64,000 nt of DNA from Alphaproteobacteria bacterium. Lineage in GTDB: Bacteria; Pseudomonadota; Alphaproteobacteria; UBA9219. Numbering within the stretch: position 1 is the first letter of the stretch; the number at the start of each line of letters is the position of its first letter. The stretch spans positions 8,339-72,338 of the forward strand of contig JAGWIK010000009.1 of assembly GCA_028866275.1 (NCBI GenBank). The letters run 5' to 3'. This document shows, in pieces, positions 1 through 8,809 of this stretch. The notes under the pieces are model-generated. The model was not told the origin of the DNA. It searched no databases and saw only the letters and a program-made list of their open reading frames with translations. A program made the position numbers and the translations under genes.

Positions 1-21
1 CCGTTTCTACCCCTCGGAGCC

Positions 22-366
22 TTGCTTGGCCTACAGCTCTATATGATGTCGCCTTTAAGCTGGGATGCTTTGTATGAGTGTTTGAAACTTGAGCTTTATA
101 TGCCGACAGTGCGCATTATGCTCTACGGGCTTTTCCCGGCTGCCATCGTGTTCTTTGTCATGGAAAAGGCCGCCCCCATACGTTGCTGCTGGGCGGGTAG
201 CATGGCCGCGCTGGCGGTCGCCTGTTTCGGCTATATCCTGCTGCGTCTGACCGATGGTATGGACGACCCCATGCGGGTGGCAATGTGGTATTTTATGCCG
301 GTGGGGCTGATGGCGGTGGTCGGCATGATGGCTGGCGGCATGACCCTGAAAAGGGTTTGGCGATAG
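22..366 (+). CDS. hypothetical polytopic membrane protein, possibly the 3' part of a gene that starts upstream of the window
   Basis: ORF track; hydrophobic Met-rich sequence; the frame is open from the window edge. Confidence 0.3.
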   Translation: MLGLQLYMMSPLSWDALYECLKLELYMPTVRIMLYGLFPAAIVFFVMEKAAPIRCCWAGSMAALAVACFGYILLRLTDGMDDPMRVAMWYFMPVGLMAVVGMMAGGMTLKRVWR

Positions 367-410
367 TCCCCTTTATTCTCTGCATTGCAATTGGCGCAGC
401 CCCATAATGA

Positions 411-968
411 ATGGAACAGTGGATGAAAACAGACATCATCGTGACGCAGTGGCTTAATTCCTTTGCCGGACAATCTGGTATCCTTGATTCTTTGATGATC
501 ATCCTAACCAGTTATGGAGTCGTTCTGCTGGTTGCGTTGATTGCAATGCGTTGGTGGTCAAAACGTGATCGACCAACTGTCCGCTATATGGCTATCTGTT
601 GCGGTATGGCCACGGCGTGCGGCCTCTTTTTAAACCAAATCATTCTTATCTTTCTTCATCGGATACGTCCCTATGATGCGGGGGTGACAAAGCTTCTTAT
701 TGACAAAAGCCACGACCCTTCGTTCCCATCCGATCATGCGACGGTGGTCTTTGCAATTGCCTTTTCGCTGTTACTTCAACGAGATCGCTACACTGGGTTT
801 TTCCTGGCATCTGGAGTCCTCATTGGCCTTTCCCGCATCTATGTTGGAACACACTATGTCTCCGACATTCTGGGTGGTGCATTGACCGCTACCGCCGCCA
901 CTTATCTGGTGGCGCGTCTGTACAAACAGGAATCACCACTTAACCGACTGCTTGTCAGGATATTATAG
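411..968 (+). CDS. PAP2 family phosphatase (undecaprenyl-diphosphatase-like)
   Basis: PAP2 motifs KxxxxxxRP, PSDH and SRIYVGTHYVSD; multiple TM helices. Confidence 0.8.
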   Translation: MEQWMKTDIIVTQWLNSFAGQSGILDSLMIILTSYGVVLLVALIAMRWWSKRDRPTVRYMAICCGMATACGLFLNQIILIFLHRIRPYDAGVTKLLIDKSHDPSFPSDHATVVFAIAFSLLLQRDRYTGFFLASGVLIGLSRIYVGTHYVSDILGGALTATAATYLVARLYKQESPLNRLLVRIL

Positions 969-1020
969 GGAGGGCGAAAATGTGCCCATCCTGTCTCTAA
1001 CGCCATAACACTAGCTCCAA

Positions 1021-1049
1021 TGTAACTTTTGCACGGCCTGAAGCGAATA
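1021..1049 (+). promoter_or_regulatory. ECF-sigma-like promoter motif copy 1 (TGTAAC-N17-CGAATA) upstream of mini-protein A
   Basis: TGTAAC at 1021-1026, 17-nt spacer, CGAATA at 1044-1049, about 60 nt before the ATG at 1110. Same architecture as the copies at 1276, 3396, 12074 and 19360. Confidence 0.5.
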
Positions 1050-1109
1050 GGTCGCATGATAAGCCATGCCTGAAGGCTGGCTTCGATAACCACAATCAGG
1101 AGAATTCTT

Positions 1110-1241
1110 ATGTCGCTCATGTGCAAAATGTCGAATAGCTGCTGTGCCACAAAAGGCATGTGCGTCCATGAAAAAATGATGATGATTATGGTGCTTATTG
1201 CCATGCCGGTGCTCGGACACTTCGTGTTGCGTTGGTTTTAG
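1110..1241 (+). CDS. unannotated 43-aa Cys-rich tail-anchored mini-protein A (MSLMCKMSNSCCATKGMCVHEKMMMIMVLIAMPVLGHFVLRWF)
   Basis: AGGAGA RBS 6 nt upstream of ATG. Four Cys in the N-terminal part, Met-rich C-terminal TM helix. Paralogous to the 51-aa ORF at 3486. Below the ORF-track length cutoff. Confidence 0.45.
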   Translation: MSLMCKMSNSCCATKGMCVHEKMMMIMVLIAMPVLGHFVLRWF

Positions 1242-1275
1242 GGCTGAGAAGGAATCTTTTGTGCGTGGAGTCCTA

Positions 1276-1304
1276 TGTAACTTTTCTGCAGGCTCCATCG
1301 AATA
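1276..1304 (+). promoter_or_regulatory. ECF-sigma-like promoter motif copy 2 upstream of the bufferin precursor gene
   Basis: TGTAAC at 1276-1281, N17, CGAATA at 1299-1304, 64 nt before the ATG at 1369. Confidence 0.5.
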
Positions 1305-1368
1305 GGGTGTCATGGTTCGACTTATCCCTGAGTTGTGACCTTTCATCAAACTAACCAAGGAGATCACG

Positions 1369-1734
1369 ATGAGTAAGATGCTTGAAAAGAACTATGGCTT
1401 AATCAACGCTGGCAAGAACGGCTGTCCGGGCAAACACCCCCATCCACAACCGTCAACTTCTACGGCGAGCAAGGCCGTCCTGTGCGCCGCGCTTGTTGGC
1501 CTGATGGCTGTTGGCGCTGCAGGCCAAGCCTTTGCCGCCGACAATGGCATGATGGCAGGCAAAGAAAAGTGCTACGGCATCGCCAAGGCTGGCAAGAACG
1601 ACTGCAAGTCCATGACCGGTTCGCACTCATGCGCTGGCATGTCCACCAAAGACAATGACCCCAACGACTTCAAGATGGTCAATACCGGCGAATGCGCCAA
1701 GGATGGCGGCACCATCGCGGCCCCCACGAAGTAA
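1369..1734 (+). CDS. bufA: bufferin-type RiPP precursor (DUF2282, BufA-like) with Sec signal peptide and an unusual ~30-aa N-terminal extension
   Basis: AGGAGA RBS. Core EKCYGIAKAGKNDCKS...HSCAG...GECAKDGG is typical of DUF2282. Hydrophobic h-region ends AFA/AD. Followed by DUF692, DUF2063 and DoxX. Confidence 0.7.
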   Translation: MSKMLEKNYGLINAGKNGCPGKHPHPQPSTSTASKAVLCAALVGLMAVGAAGQAFAADNGMMAGKEKCYGIAKAGKNDCKSMTGSHSCAGMSTKDNDPNDFKMVNTGECAKDGGTIAAPTK

Positions 1735-1791
1735 GAAGGCAACCGGGATACGGCCTCTGCGGAGGCCGTATCTTTTTCCTGCAGGGGAGTT

Positions 1792-2655
1792 TTGATGAGT
1801 AATCCATATCCCGATCTTGGTTTTGGCCTAGGCCTTCGTGCGCCTCATTATGAGCAGGTTTTACGCGAGAAACCCAAGGTCGATTTCTTCGAAATCATCT
1901 CCGAAAATTACATCGACGCGCATGAAGGCTATTGGGAGTATCTGGCCGATCTCCGCGCCCATTATCCGATGATCATGCATGGCGTGTCGATGAATATCGG
2001 CAGCGCCGATCCGTTCAACGACGACTATTTCCGTAAACTGAAAAAGCTGATTGACCATTTGCAACCGATCTGGGTGTCAGATCATCTGTGTTTTACAGGC
2101 CTCGGCGGCCACAACACGCATGACCTATTGCCGATCCCTTATGTTCAGGAGTCCTTGCAGCACGTTATTTCCCGTATTCATGAGGCGCAGGAAAAGCTAG
2201 GGCGGACGCTGGTGATCGAGAACCCATCGACCTATCTGGAGTTTCAAGCCTCGGATATTCCCGAATGGGAATTTCTGCGCGAAGTAGCGAAAGCGACTGG
2301 CTGCGGCGTCTTGCTCGACGTGAATAACGTCTATGTCAGCAGCTTCAATCACGGCTATGACCCGAAGCAATATATCGACGCCATCCCCGCCGATGCCATC
2401 GCCCAAATCCATCTGGCCGGACATTTGAATCTCGGCACGCACATCATCGACACGCATGACAATCATGTCATTGACGCGGTGTGGGATTTGTACGCTTACA
2501 CCGTTGCCAATAAAGGTTTGCACAGCACGATGATCGAGTGGGACGACAACATCCCCGCTTTTAATGTCCTTCTGGCTGAAATCAACAAGGCGCGCGATGT
2601 CGCCCTGCGTTCAACAACCAACGATGATGCCCATGTCTTACAACGCCGCGCTTAA
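1792..2655 (+). CDS. bufB: MNIO (DUF692) multinuclear non-heme iron oxidase, BufB-like
   Basis: N-terminus GLGLRAPHY... and overall DUF692/UPF0276 pattern; operon context with DUF2282 and DUF2063. Confidence 0.85.
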   Translation: MMSNPYPDLGFGLGLRAPHYEQVLREKPKVDFFEIISENYIDAHEGYWEYLADLRAHYPMIMHGVSMNIGSADPFNDDYFRKLKKLIDHLQPIWVSDHLCFTGLGGHNTHDLLPIPYVQESLQHVISRIHEAQEKLGRTLVIENPSTYLEFQASDIPEWEFLREVAKATGCGVLLDVNNVYVSSFNHGYDPKQYIDAIPADAIAQIHLAGHLNLGTHIIDTHDNHVIDAVWDLYAYTVANKGLHSTMIEWDDNIPAFNVLLAEINKARDVALRSTTNDDAHVLQRRA

Positions 2656-3400
2656 TCATTTACAGAGCAGCATTCTGCACGGCGATCCAGCCGAAGCCGC
2701 GTCGCTCGTGCGCCCGAAACCGCATTTGTCCGCCGAGAAGCAGTTGGGCGTTTACCTTGAAGGCTATCGGTTGCGACTTGTACAGGCTGTGCGCAATGAT
2801 TATCCCTGCCTTGGCCATTATCTCGGCGCAACGCGCATGAACGATCTGGTCGCGGCTTATGTGGAGGCGACACCTTCGTGCTCCTACAATCTCGATTTTT
2901 ATCCGTTCGGGTTTGGCGCGTTTGTCCGGCAGGCCAGTCAAGACCCGGCGGCACACGATCTCGCCGTACTAGAGCAGGCCATCGCCGAAATCTTCATGGC
3001 GCCTGACAGCAACCCACTGACCGCCGCCGTTTTTGCGCAGCTGGATCCGGAAACGCTGGGCAGTATGGTTTTCTACCCTCGCGCCGCGAACCGCCTGTTG
3101 CGCCTGACGCATGATGTCGAGCGCTACCTTGCGGCATGGAAGAAGGGCGAGCCGGAATTGACCATCGCTCCCGACAGGATTCACCTCTGTGTCTTGCGGC
3201 ACAACAACGAAGTGCAGCGGCATCGGCTGGAGCCGGAGGAATACCATCTGCTGGAAAATCTCGCGGCAGGACAAGTTTTTGGTCAGGCAATTGAGCCACC
3301 ACAGGCCAACCACCCACAAGACAGCGACCTTTTCGCCGCGAAGGTCATGAACTGGCTGCCGCGCTGGGTTGGAGAAGGTTTTTTCAAGCAGTCCATGTAA
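2624..3400 (+). CDS. bufC: DUF2063 MNIO partner protein, BufC-like (start uncertain, 2564-2633)
   Basis: Follows DUF692 with overlap; in-frame ATGs at 2624, 2627 and 2633 near the MNIO stop. Confidence 0.65.
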   Translation: MMPMSYNAALNHLQSSILHGDPAEAASLVRPKPHLSAEKQLGVYLEGYRLRLVQAVRNDYPCLGHYLGATRMNDLVAAYVEATPSCSYNLDFYPFGFGAFVRQASQDPAAHDLAVLEQAIAEIFMAPDSNPLTAAVFAQLDPETLGSMVFYPRAANRLLRLTHDVERYLAAWKKGEPELTIAPDRIHLCVLRHNNEVQRHRLEPEEYHLLENLAAGQVFGQAIEPPQANHPQDSDLFAAKVMNWLPRWVGEGFFKQSM

Positions 3401-3424
3401 CTTTCAGGCTTGTTCCCCCGAAGA
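3396..3424 (+). promoter_or_regulatory. ECF-sigma-like promoter motif copy 3 (TGTAAC-N17-CGAAGA) upstream of mini-protein B
   Basis: TGTAAC at 3396-3401, N17, CGAAGA at 3419-3424, 61 nt before the ATG at 3486; lies in the 3' end of bufC. Confidence 0.45.
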
Positions 3425-3485
3425 CGTTGGCAGAGACCAAAAACACCGTCCCATCGGGGCTAAACGTTATTTGCAGGAGGTTGTC

Positions 3486-3641
3486 ATGTCGGATTTATCC
3501 GAAAATCAAATCAAAGCTCAGGACGGCGAAAGCTGCGCAACCGGGGCCTGCGGCACCGGCATTTGCTCGCCCTGCACGATGATGAAGGTGATCATGATTG
3601 GCATGCTGGCCTTGGCTGGCTTCAAATATCTGGCGGGGTAA
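3486..3641 (+). CDS. 51-aa Cys-rich tail-anchored mini-protein B (MSDLSENQIKAQDGESCATGACGTGICSPCTMMKVIMIGMLALAGFKYLAG)
   Basis: Strong AGGAGG RBS 5 nt upstream of an internal ATG of ORF 3369..3641. Four Cys, then a Met-rich TM helix. Stop is 3 nt before DoxX. Paralogous to the 1110..1241 ORF. Confidence 0.5.
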   Translation: MSDLSENQIKAQDGESCATGACGTGICSPCTMMKVIMIGMLALAGFKYLAG

Positions 3642-3644
3642 GAA

Positions 3645-4127
3645 ATGACCAATCGGCAAACTCACGTGATCGAGAGCGGTTCAACATGCGGTACGATGTG
3701 CAAATGGATGGGGCAAGGCATGCGCGCCTATCTGGCTCTCACGAACTTTCTAAGTCCCTTGGTCTGGCTGGCGGCGCGGTTATGGATTGCGCGGGTGTTC
3801 TTCTATTCTGGATTGACCAAAATCCACGATTGGTCTTCGACGCTGTATCTTTTCGAGAACGAATACCATGTGCCGTTGCTGCCAATCCCTGTGGCGGCGT
3901 TCTCGGCGGCGCTGTTCGAATTAAGCTGTCCCGTGCTGCTCGTGCTGGGGTTCGGAACCCGTCTTGCCGCGCTGCCGCTACTGGCCATGACGGCGGTCAT
4001 CCAGTTCACCTATGACCAGAATATCGAGCATCTCTACTGGGCCTTGCTGCTCGGCCTCTTGCTGACCAACGGGCCGGGAAAACTGTCGGTCGATCATTGG
4101 GTGCGGCGGCGCTGGATGGGGCAATAA
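3645..4127 (+). CDS. bufD: DoxX family membrane protein (BufD-like)
   Basis: DoxX-like 4-TM pattern; operon position after DUF692/DUF2063. Confidence 0.7.
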   Translation: MTNRQTHVIESGSTCGTMCKWMGQGMRAYLALTNFLSPLVWLAARLWIARVFFYSGLTKIHDWSSTLYLFENEYHVPLLPIPVAAFSAALFELSCPVLLVLGFGTRLAALPLLAMTAVIQFTYDQNIEHLYWALLLGLLLTNGPGKLSVDHWVRRRWMGQ

Positions 4128-4128
4128 C

Positions 4129-4983
4129 ATGCCCCGCAACATCATCGATCTCGGCGAGCTTCATGACCGAATTGTCGTGTTTGGCGGTCCCTATAGCAAT
4201 CTTGAAGCGACCGAGGCTCTTCTAAAGACAGTTGACGATCTGGGCGTTCCGCGCAGCCATGTGCTGTGCACAGGCGATATGGTCGCGTATTGCGCCGATC
4301 CTGTCGAAGTGCTCGCCTTGTTGAGGTCGTCTGGGTTCGGCTTGCTGCTCAAGGGCAATTGCGAGGAAGCGCTGGCGAATAATGCGAAAGACTGCGGATG
4401 CGGCTTTGATGAAGGCTCGGCCTGTCATCGCCTGTCGAAGGATTGGTACAGCCACGCGGTGCAAAGCCTCGACGATGAAACAAAGCAATGGTTAGCGGGA
4501 TTGCCCGATCAGGCCGTATTCAACTTTGGGGGCAAGCGCTTCAGTGTCGTGCATGGCGGTGCCCGCCAGAATAATGCTTTCATTTTTGAAACGACGCCGC
4601 ATTCCGTTAAGCGTGAAGAAATAGAATTGGCCGGCAGTGACGCCGTTATCTGTGGCCACAGCGGCCTCTTTTTTACCGAAGTTTTTGGCGAGGCCTGTTG
4701 GCACAATGCCGGCGTTATCGGCATGCCTGCCAATGACGGAACGCCGCGCGTTTGGTACAGTGTCATCGATTCTATTCCTGAAGGCATCCGCTTTTCCCAT
4801 CTTCCTCTGGCTTACGACTTCAAAATAACCCAAGAGAAAATGCGTAAAGCAGGGTTGCCCGAAGGCTACGCTTCTGCCTTGGAGACGGGACTTTGGCCAT
4901 CGTGTGATGTTTTGACGGACGCAGAAAAGCAAAAATGCGGTGTAGAGGCGGTGCCGCGCCAGCACATTTGGAAAACGGTGTGA
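4129..4983 (+). CDS. calcineurin-like metallophosphoesterase
   Basis: VFGGPYSNLEA...GDMV and later GHSG motifs of metallophosphatases; 1-nt gap after DoxX. Confidence 0.55.
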   Translation: MPRNIIDLGELHDRIVVFGGPYSNLEATEALLKTVDDLGVPRSHVLCTGDMVAYCADPVEVLALLRSSGFGLLLKGNCEEALANNAKDCGCGFDEGSACHRLSKDWYSHAVQSLDDETKQWLAGLPDQAVFNFGGKRFSVVHGGARQNNAFIFETTPHSVKREEIELAGSDAVICGHSGLFFTEVFGEACWHNAGVIGMPANDGTPRVWYSVIDSIPEGIRFSHLPLAYDFKITQEKMRKAGLPEGYASALETGLWPSCDVLTDAEKQKCGVEAVPRQHIWKTV

Positions 4984-4998
4984 AGACAGTGCGGGGAA

Positions 4999-5676
4999 TT
5001 GATGAACAAATTTAACTTTAGTCAGCGTCTTATAAGCGAGCTACTCGGCACAGCTTTGTTGCTTGCTGTCGTTGTCGGTTCTGGAATCATGGGGGAGCGG
5101 CTGGCGGGTGGTAATGTTGCTCTTGCGCTGCTTGCCAATACTATTGCGACAGGCGCGGCGCTGGCGGTTCTTATCACAATCTTCGGGCCGATCTCCGGCG
5201 CGCATTTTAACCCCGCCGTGACCTTGGCTTTCTTTCTGAAGCGGGAAATAAATTGCCATACCGTTTTGGTCTATGTCGTAGCGCAGATTGCAGGCGGTGT
5301 GCTTGGCGTCTTTGCCGCGCACATGATGTTTGCCGAACCTGTTTTACAAATCTCGACAAAGCTACGGGACGGGTCGGCCTTGGCTTTTTCTGAATTTGTG
5401 GCGACATTCGGCCTCATGGCAACTATTCTCGGCACGGTACGTTTCAAGCCGGACTTTACGCCTGTTGCTGTTGGGCTTTATATCACCTCAGCCTATTGGT
5501 TTACGGCTTCGACCTCTTTTGCGAATCCCGCCGTGACGATTGCCCGATGCCTGTCTGATACATTCGCGGGAATTGCGCCGTCGTCCGCGCCCGTCTTTAT
5601 CGCGGCGCAGTTCCTGGGCGCGATCGTGGCTACCGCCGTGTTCGGCTGGTTGCTTAGAGAAAGGACTACCTCATGA
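4999..5676 (+). CDS. MIP family channel (aquaglyceroporin-like, possible arsenite channel)
   Basis: Two NPA boxes (HFNPAVT, FANPAVT); six TM helices. Confidence 0.85.
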   Translation: MMNKFNFSQRLISELLGTALLLAVVVGSGIMGERLAGGNVALALLANTIATGAALAVLITIFGPISGAHFNPAVTLAFFLKREINCHTVLVYVVAQIAGGVLGVFAAHMMFAEPVLQISTKLRDGSALAFSEFVATFGLMATILGTVRFKPDFTPVAVGLYITSAYWFTASTSFANPAVTIARCLSDTFAGIAPSSAPVFIAAQFLGAIVATAVFGWLLRERTTS

Positions 5677-6377
5677 CGGCGCGAACTGGACGCTTGCCGT
5701 TTGGCAGAATTATTGTCGTGGCGATCCTGCTGTCGCTGTTTGCGGCGGCATTCGCCTTCGACTTGCCGCATTACCTGACGCTTGATGCTTTGCGGGAACG
5801 GCAAATTGCGCTCAAAGCCTATCAAACGGCTCATCCATCGTTGGTCATAGCTGGGTTTTTTCTGATTTATGTTGCCGCGGCAGCGATGTCTTTCCCCGGT
5901 GCTACCGTGCTGACGTTACTGGGCGGCGCTTTGTTTGGTTTCTGGCAGGGACTTTTCGTGGTTTCTTTTGCCAGCACGATTGGGGCAACGCTGGCTTTTC
6001 TGTTGGCGCGGTATCTGTTGCGCGACTGGATTCAGAAGAAATATTACAAGCAACTTGCGATCCTGAATGCCGGATTTGAAAAGGAAGGCGCGTTTTACCT
6101 GTTCGCTTTGCGGCTCATGCCCGTATTCCCATTCTTTCTGGTCAATATCCTGACCAGCGTGATGCCGATCAAGACCCGCAGCTTCTACGGTGCAAGCCAG
6201 CTTGGCATGCTGCCGGGAACGGCGGTTTATGTTTATGCCGGGACGGAACTGGGTAAACTACAATCCGTGTCAGGTATCGCCTCACCATCGTTGATTGCTG
6301 CCTTTGTGTTGCTGGGGTTGTTTCCCTTGCTTGCTAAAAAAGGCATTTCTTATATTCGTAACCGGAGGCAAGCATGA
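5673..6377 (+). CDS. TVP38/TMEM64 (DedA/SNARE-associated) family membrane protein
   Basis: VTT-domain pattern; overlaps the neighbouring genes. Confidence 0.75.
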   Translation: MTARTGRLPFGRIIVVAILLSLFAAAFAFDLPHYLTLDALRERQIALKAYQTAHPSLVIAGFFLIYVAAAAMSFPGATVLTLLGGALFGFWQGLFVVSFASTIGATLAFLLARYLLRDWIQKKYYKQLAILNAGFEKEGAFYLFALRLMPVFPFFLVNILTSVMPIKTRSFYGASQLGMLPGTAVYVYAGTELGKLQSVSGIASPSLIAAFVLLGLFPLLAKKGISYIRNRRQA

Positions 6378-7813
6378 GCAAATACGACTATAACGTCATC
6401 GTTGTTGGCGCAGGGTCAGCCGGTTTGGTTTCCGCCTACATTGCCGCTACCGTGAAAGCTAAGGTTGCGCTGATTGAAAAGCATAAAATGGGCGGTGACT
6501 GCCTGAACACTGGATGCGTGCCCAGCAAGGCTTTGTTGCGTTCGGCTAAAATGCTGTCTTACGCCAAACGCGCCAAGGAATTCGGCTTTAACCGTACGGA
6601 AGTCGACTTTGACTTCGCCAAAGTGATGGAGCGCGTGCAGTCGGTGATCGCCTCCGTCGCGCCTCACGACTCGGTGGAACGCTATAGCCAACTGGGGGTC
6701 GCATGTATTTCCGGCGAAGCGCAAATTGTCGCGCCGCAAAAAGTGGAAGTGAATGGAAAGACGCTGACAGCGCGGAGCATCATTGTGGCGACGGGAGCAC
6801 GACCTTTGATTCCGCCAATTCCTGGGCTTGATCGGATAGACCATCTGACCAGCGACACGGTGTGGAATCTCCGCGAATTGCCGAAGCGTCTCGTTGTGCT
6901 TGGCGGCGGGCCGATTGGCGCGGAAATGGCGCAAGCTTTTGCGCGCCTTGGTTCCGACGTCACGATTGTCGAAATGGCTTCGCATCTTCTGGTGCGCGAA
7001 GACGCCGAGGTTATTGATCTGATCGCGCAACGTTTCCGCAACGAGGGCCTTACCGTTCTGACCGAACACAAGGCCAAGGCGTTCAGCAACAAGGATGGCC
7101 AGAAGGTTCTGACCTGCGAACACAATGGCAAGGATGTCGAAATTCCTTTCGATCAAATTATCGTCGCCCTAGGACGGCAGGCCAATATCAAGGGATTCGG
7201 CCTGGAGGAATTGGGCGTTAAACTCAGCCCGCGCAAAACCATCGAGGCCGACGCGTTTTTAGAAACCAACATCCCCAATCTTTATGTCTGCGGCGATGTG
7301 ACAGGACCATATCAGTTCACCCATACCGCCGCGCATCAGGCGTGGTACGCTTCCGTGAACGCGCTGTTCTCACCCTTCAAGCGTTTCAAGGTTGATTACG
7401 GCGTCATTCCATGGACGACCTTTACCGATCCGGAAGTCGCGCGTGTCGGCCTCAACGAGAAAGACGCCAAGGCGCAGAACATCCCCTACGAAGTCACGAC
7501 CTACGGCCTCGACGATCTTGACCGCGCCATCGCCGACAGCGAAGCACATGGCTTCGTGAAGGTTCTGACGGTTCAGGGCAAAGACAAAATTTTGGGTGTG
7601 ACCATTGTCGGAACACATGCCGGCGACATTATCCCTGAATTTATCCTTGCGATGAAGCACGGTTTGGGGCTGAACAAGATTCTTGGCACAATCCATATTT
7701 ATCCGACGCTTGGCGAGGCCAACAAATACGCGGCGGGCGCGTGGCGCAAAGCCCATGTTCCAGCCCTTGGATTAGCTGTTCTAAAAGTATTTCATGCATG
7801 GAGAAGGAATTAA
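6374..7813 (+). CDS. FAD-dependent pyridine nucleotide-disulfide oxidoreductase (mercuric reductase / dihydrolipoamide dehydrogenase-like, no NmerA and no C-terminal Cys pair)
   Basis: GAGSAG FAD motif; redox-active CLNTGCVPSK; dimerisation-domain C-terminus. Confidence 0.8.
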   Translation: MSKYDYNVIVVGAGSAGLVSAYIAATVKAKVALIEKHKMGGDCLNTGCVPSKALLRSAKMLSYAKRAKEFGFNRTEVDFDFAKVMERVQSVIASVAPHDSVERYSQLGVACISGEAQIVAPQKVEVNGKTLTARSIIVATGARPLIPPIPGLDRIDHLTSDTVWNLRELPKRLVVLGGGPIGAEMAQAFARLGSDVTIVEMASHLLVREDAEVIDLIAQRFRNEGLTVLTEHKAKAFSNKDGQKVLTCEHNGKDVEIPFDQIIVALGRQANIKGFGLEELGVKLSPRKTIEADAFLETNIPNLYVCGDVTGPYQFTHTAAHQAWYASVNALFSPFKRFKVDYGVIPWTTFTDPEVARVGLNEKDAKAQNIPYEVTTYGLDDLDRAIADSEAHGFVKVLTVQGKDKILGVTIVGTHAGDIIPEFILAMKHGLGLNKILGTIHIYPTLGEANKYAAGAWRKAHVPALGLAVLKVFHAWRRN

Positions 7814-7814
7814 A

Positions 7815-8786
7815 ATGGAAGGAAGCGCATTTATTGCCAGCTTCGGCAAAACGCTAAAAGACCACAACCTCACAATTGAGCGGAAAGCCGTAACGACTCT
7901 ACAAGTCAATATCGGCAAGCTGTGCAATCAGGCTTGCCACCATTGCCATGTCGAGGCGGGCCCCAAACGCACTGAAATCATGGAACGGCGCACCATCGAC
8001 CGTATTCTCGAACTTCTGGCAAACGAACCGCAGATAACGCTGGTGGATATTACCGGCGGTGCACCAGAACTCAATCCGCACTTCCGCGACTTTGTGAAAG
8101 TCCTTCGCAACATGGGTAAAGGCGTGATTGATCGCTGCAATCTTACCGTTCTGTTTGAAGAGGGACAGGAAGACACGGCTGAATTTCTTGCCCAACAGAA
8201 AGTGCAGATCGTCGCCTCGCTGCCCTGTTATCTGGAAGATAATGTTAACAAACAGCGCGGGCAAGGCGTATTCGGCAAAAGCATCGCTGCGCTGGAAAGA
8301 CTGAACGTCTTGGGGTATGGCCGCACGGGAAGCGGATTGGAAATCAATCTTGTTTACAACCCCGTCGGCACGCACCTTCCTCCAGCCCAAGAAAAACTCG
8401 AAGCCGATTATCGCCAGTATCTTTCAGAGAATTACGGCATTACCTTCAATCATCTCTTTACAATCACCAACATGCCGATCAAACGATTTGCCCATATGTT
8501 GGAACGTGATGGTTTTGCTGAGCAATACATGCAGCTTTTGATTGACAATTTTAACGTAGGTGCGGCTCGGCAAGTGATGTGTACGCAGCTTATTTCCATT
8601 GGCTGGGATGGCAAGCTGTATGATTGCGACTTTAACCAGATGCTTGGGATTCCGCTGAATTTCAAATCACGCACACTCTGGGACATTCCCTCGTTCGCGT
8701 CGCTGGATCGCGGTATTGCCTTCGCCGACCATTGCTTCGGATGCACGGCGGGCGCGGGAAGCTCGTGTACCGGTGCCTTGCTTTAA
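7815..8786 (+). CDS. arsS: arsenosugar biosynthesis radical SAM protein ArsS (Cys-containing, not Sec)
   Basis: CNQACHHCH radical-SAM motif; C-terminus CFGCTAGAGSSCTGALL; GGAGAAGG RBS before the ATG at 7815; adjacent to arsM. Confidence 0.8.
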   Translation: MEGSAFIASFGKTLKDHNLTIERKAVTTLQVNIGKLCNQACHHCHVEAGPKRTEIMERRTIDRILELLANEPQITLVDITGGAPELNPHFRDFVKVLRNMGKGVIDRCNLTVLFEEGQEDTAEFLAQQKVQIVASLPCYLEDNVNKQRGQGVFGKSIAALERLNVLGYGRTGSGLEINLVYNPVGTHLPPAQEKLEADYRQYLSENYGITFNHLFTITNMPIKRFAHMLERDGFAEQYMQLLIDNFNVGAARQVMCTQLISIGWDGKLYDCDFNQMLGIPLNFKSRTLWDIPSFASLDRGIAFADHCFGCTAGAGSSCTGALL

Positions 8787-8809
8787 CAATCCGCAACAGG
8801 AGATAAAAC

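Noticed and set aside
902-1367. Minus-strand ORFs 902..1204 and 1011..1367 in the bufA upstream region
   Set aside because: They overlap the PAP2 3' end and the promoter/mini-protein region. They have no RBS or recognisable features. The plus-strand mini-ORF with RBS and promoter motif explains the region better.
3369-3485. N-terminal 39 codons of the track ORF 3369..3641
   Set aside because: This part overlaps bufC in another frame and has no RBS. The internal ATG at 3486 has a perfect AGGAGG SD and yields the mini-protein paralogous to ORF A.
6416-7156. 246-aa minus-strand ORF inside the FAD oxidoreductase gene
   Set aside because: Antisense artefact. The plus-strand gene has canonical FAD and redox-disulfide motifs.
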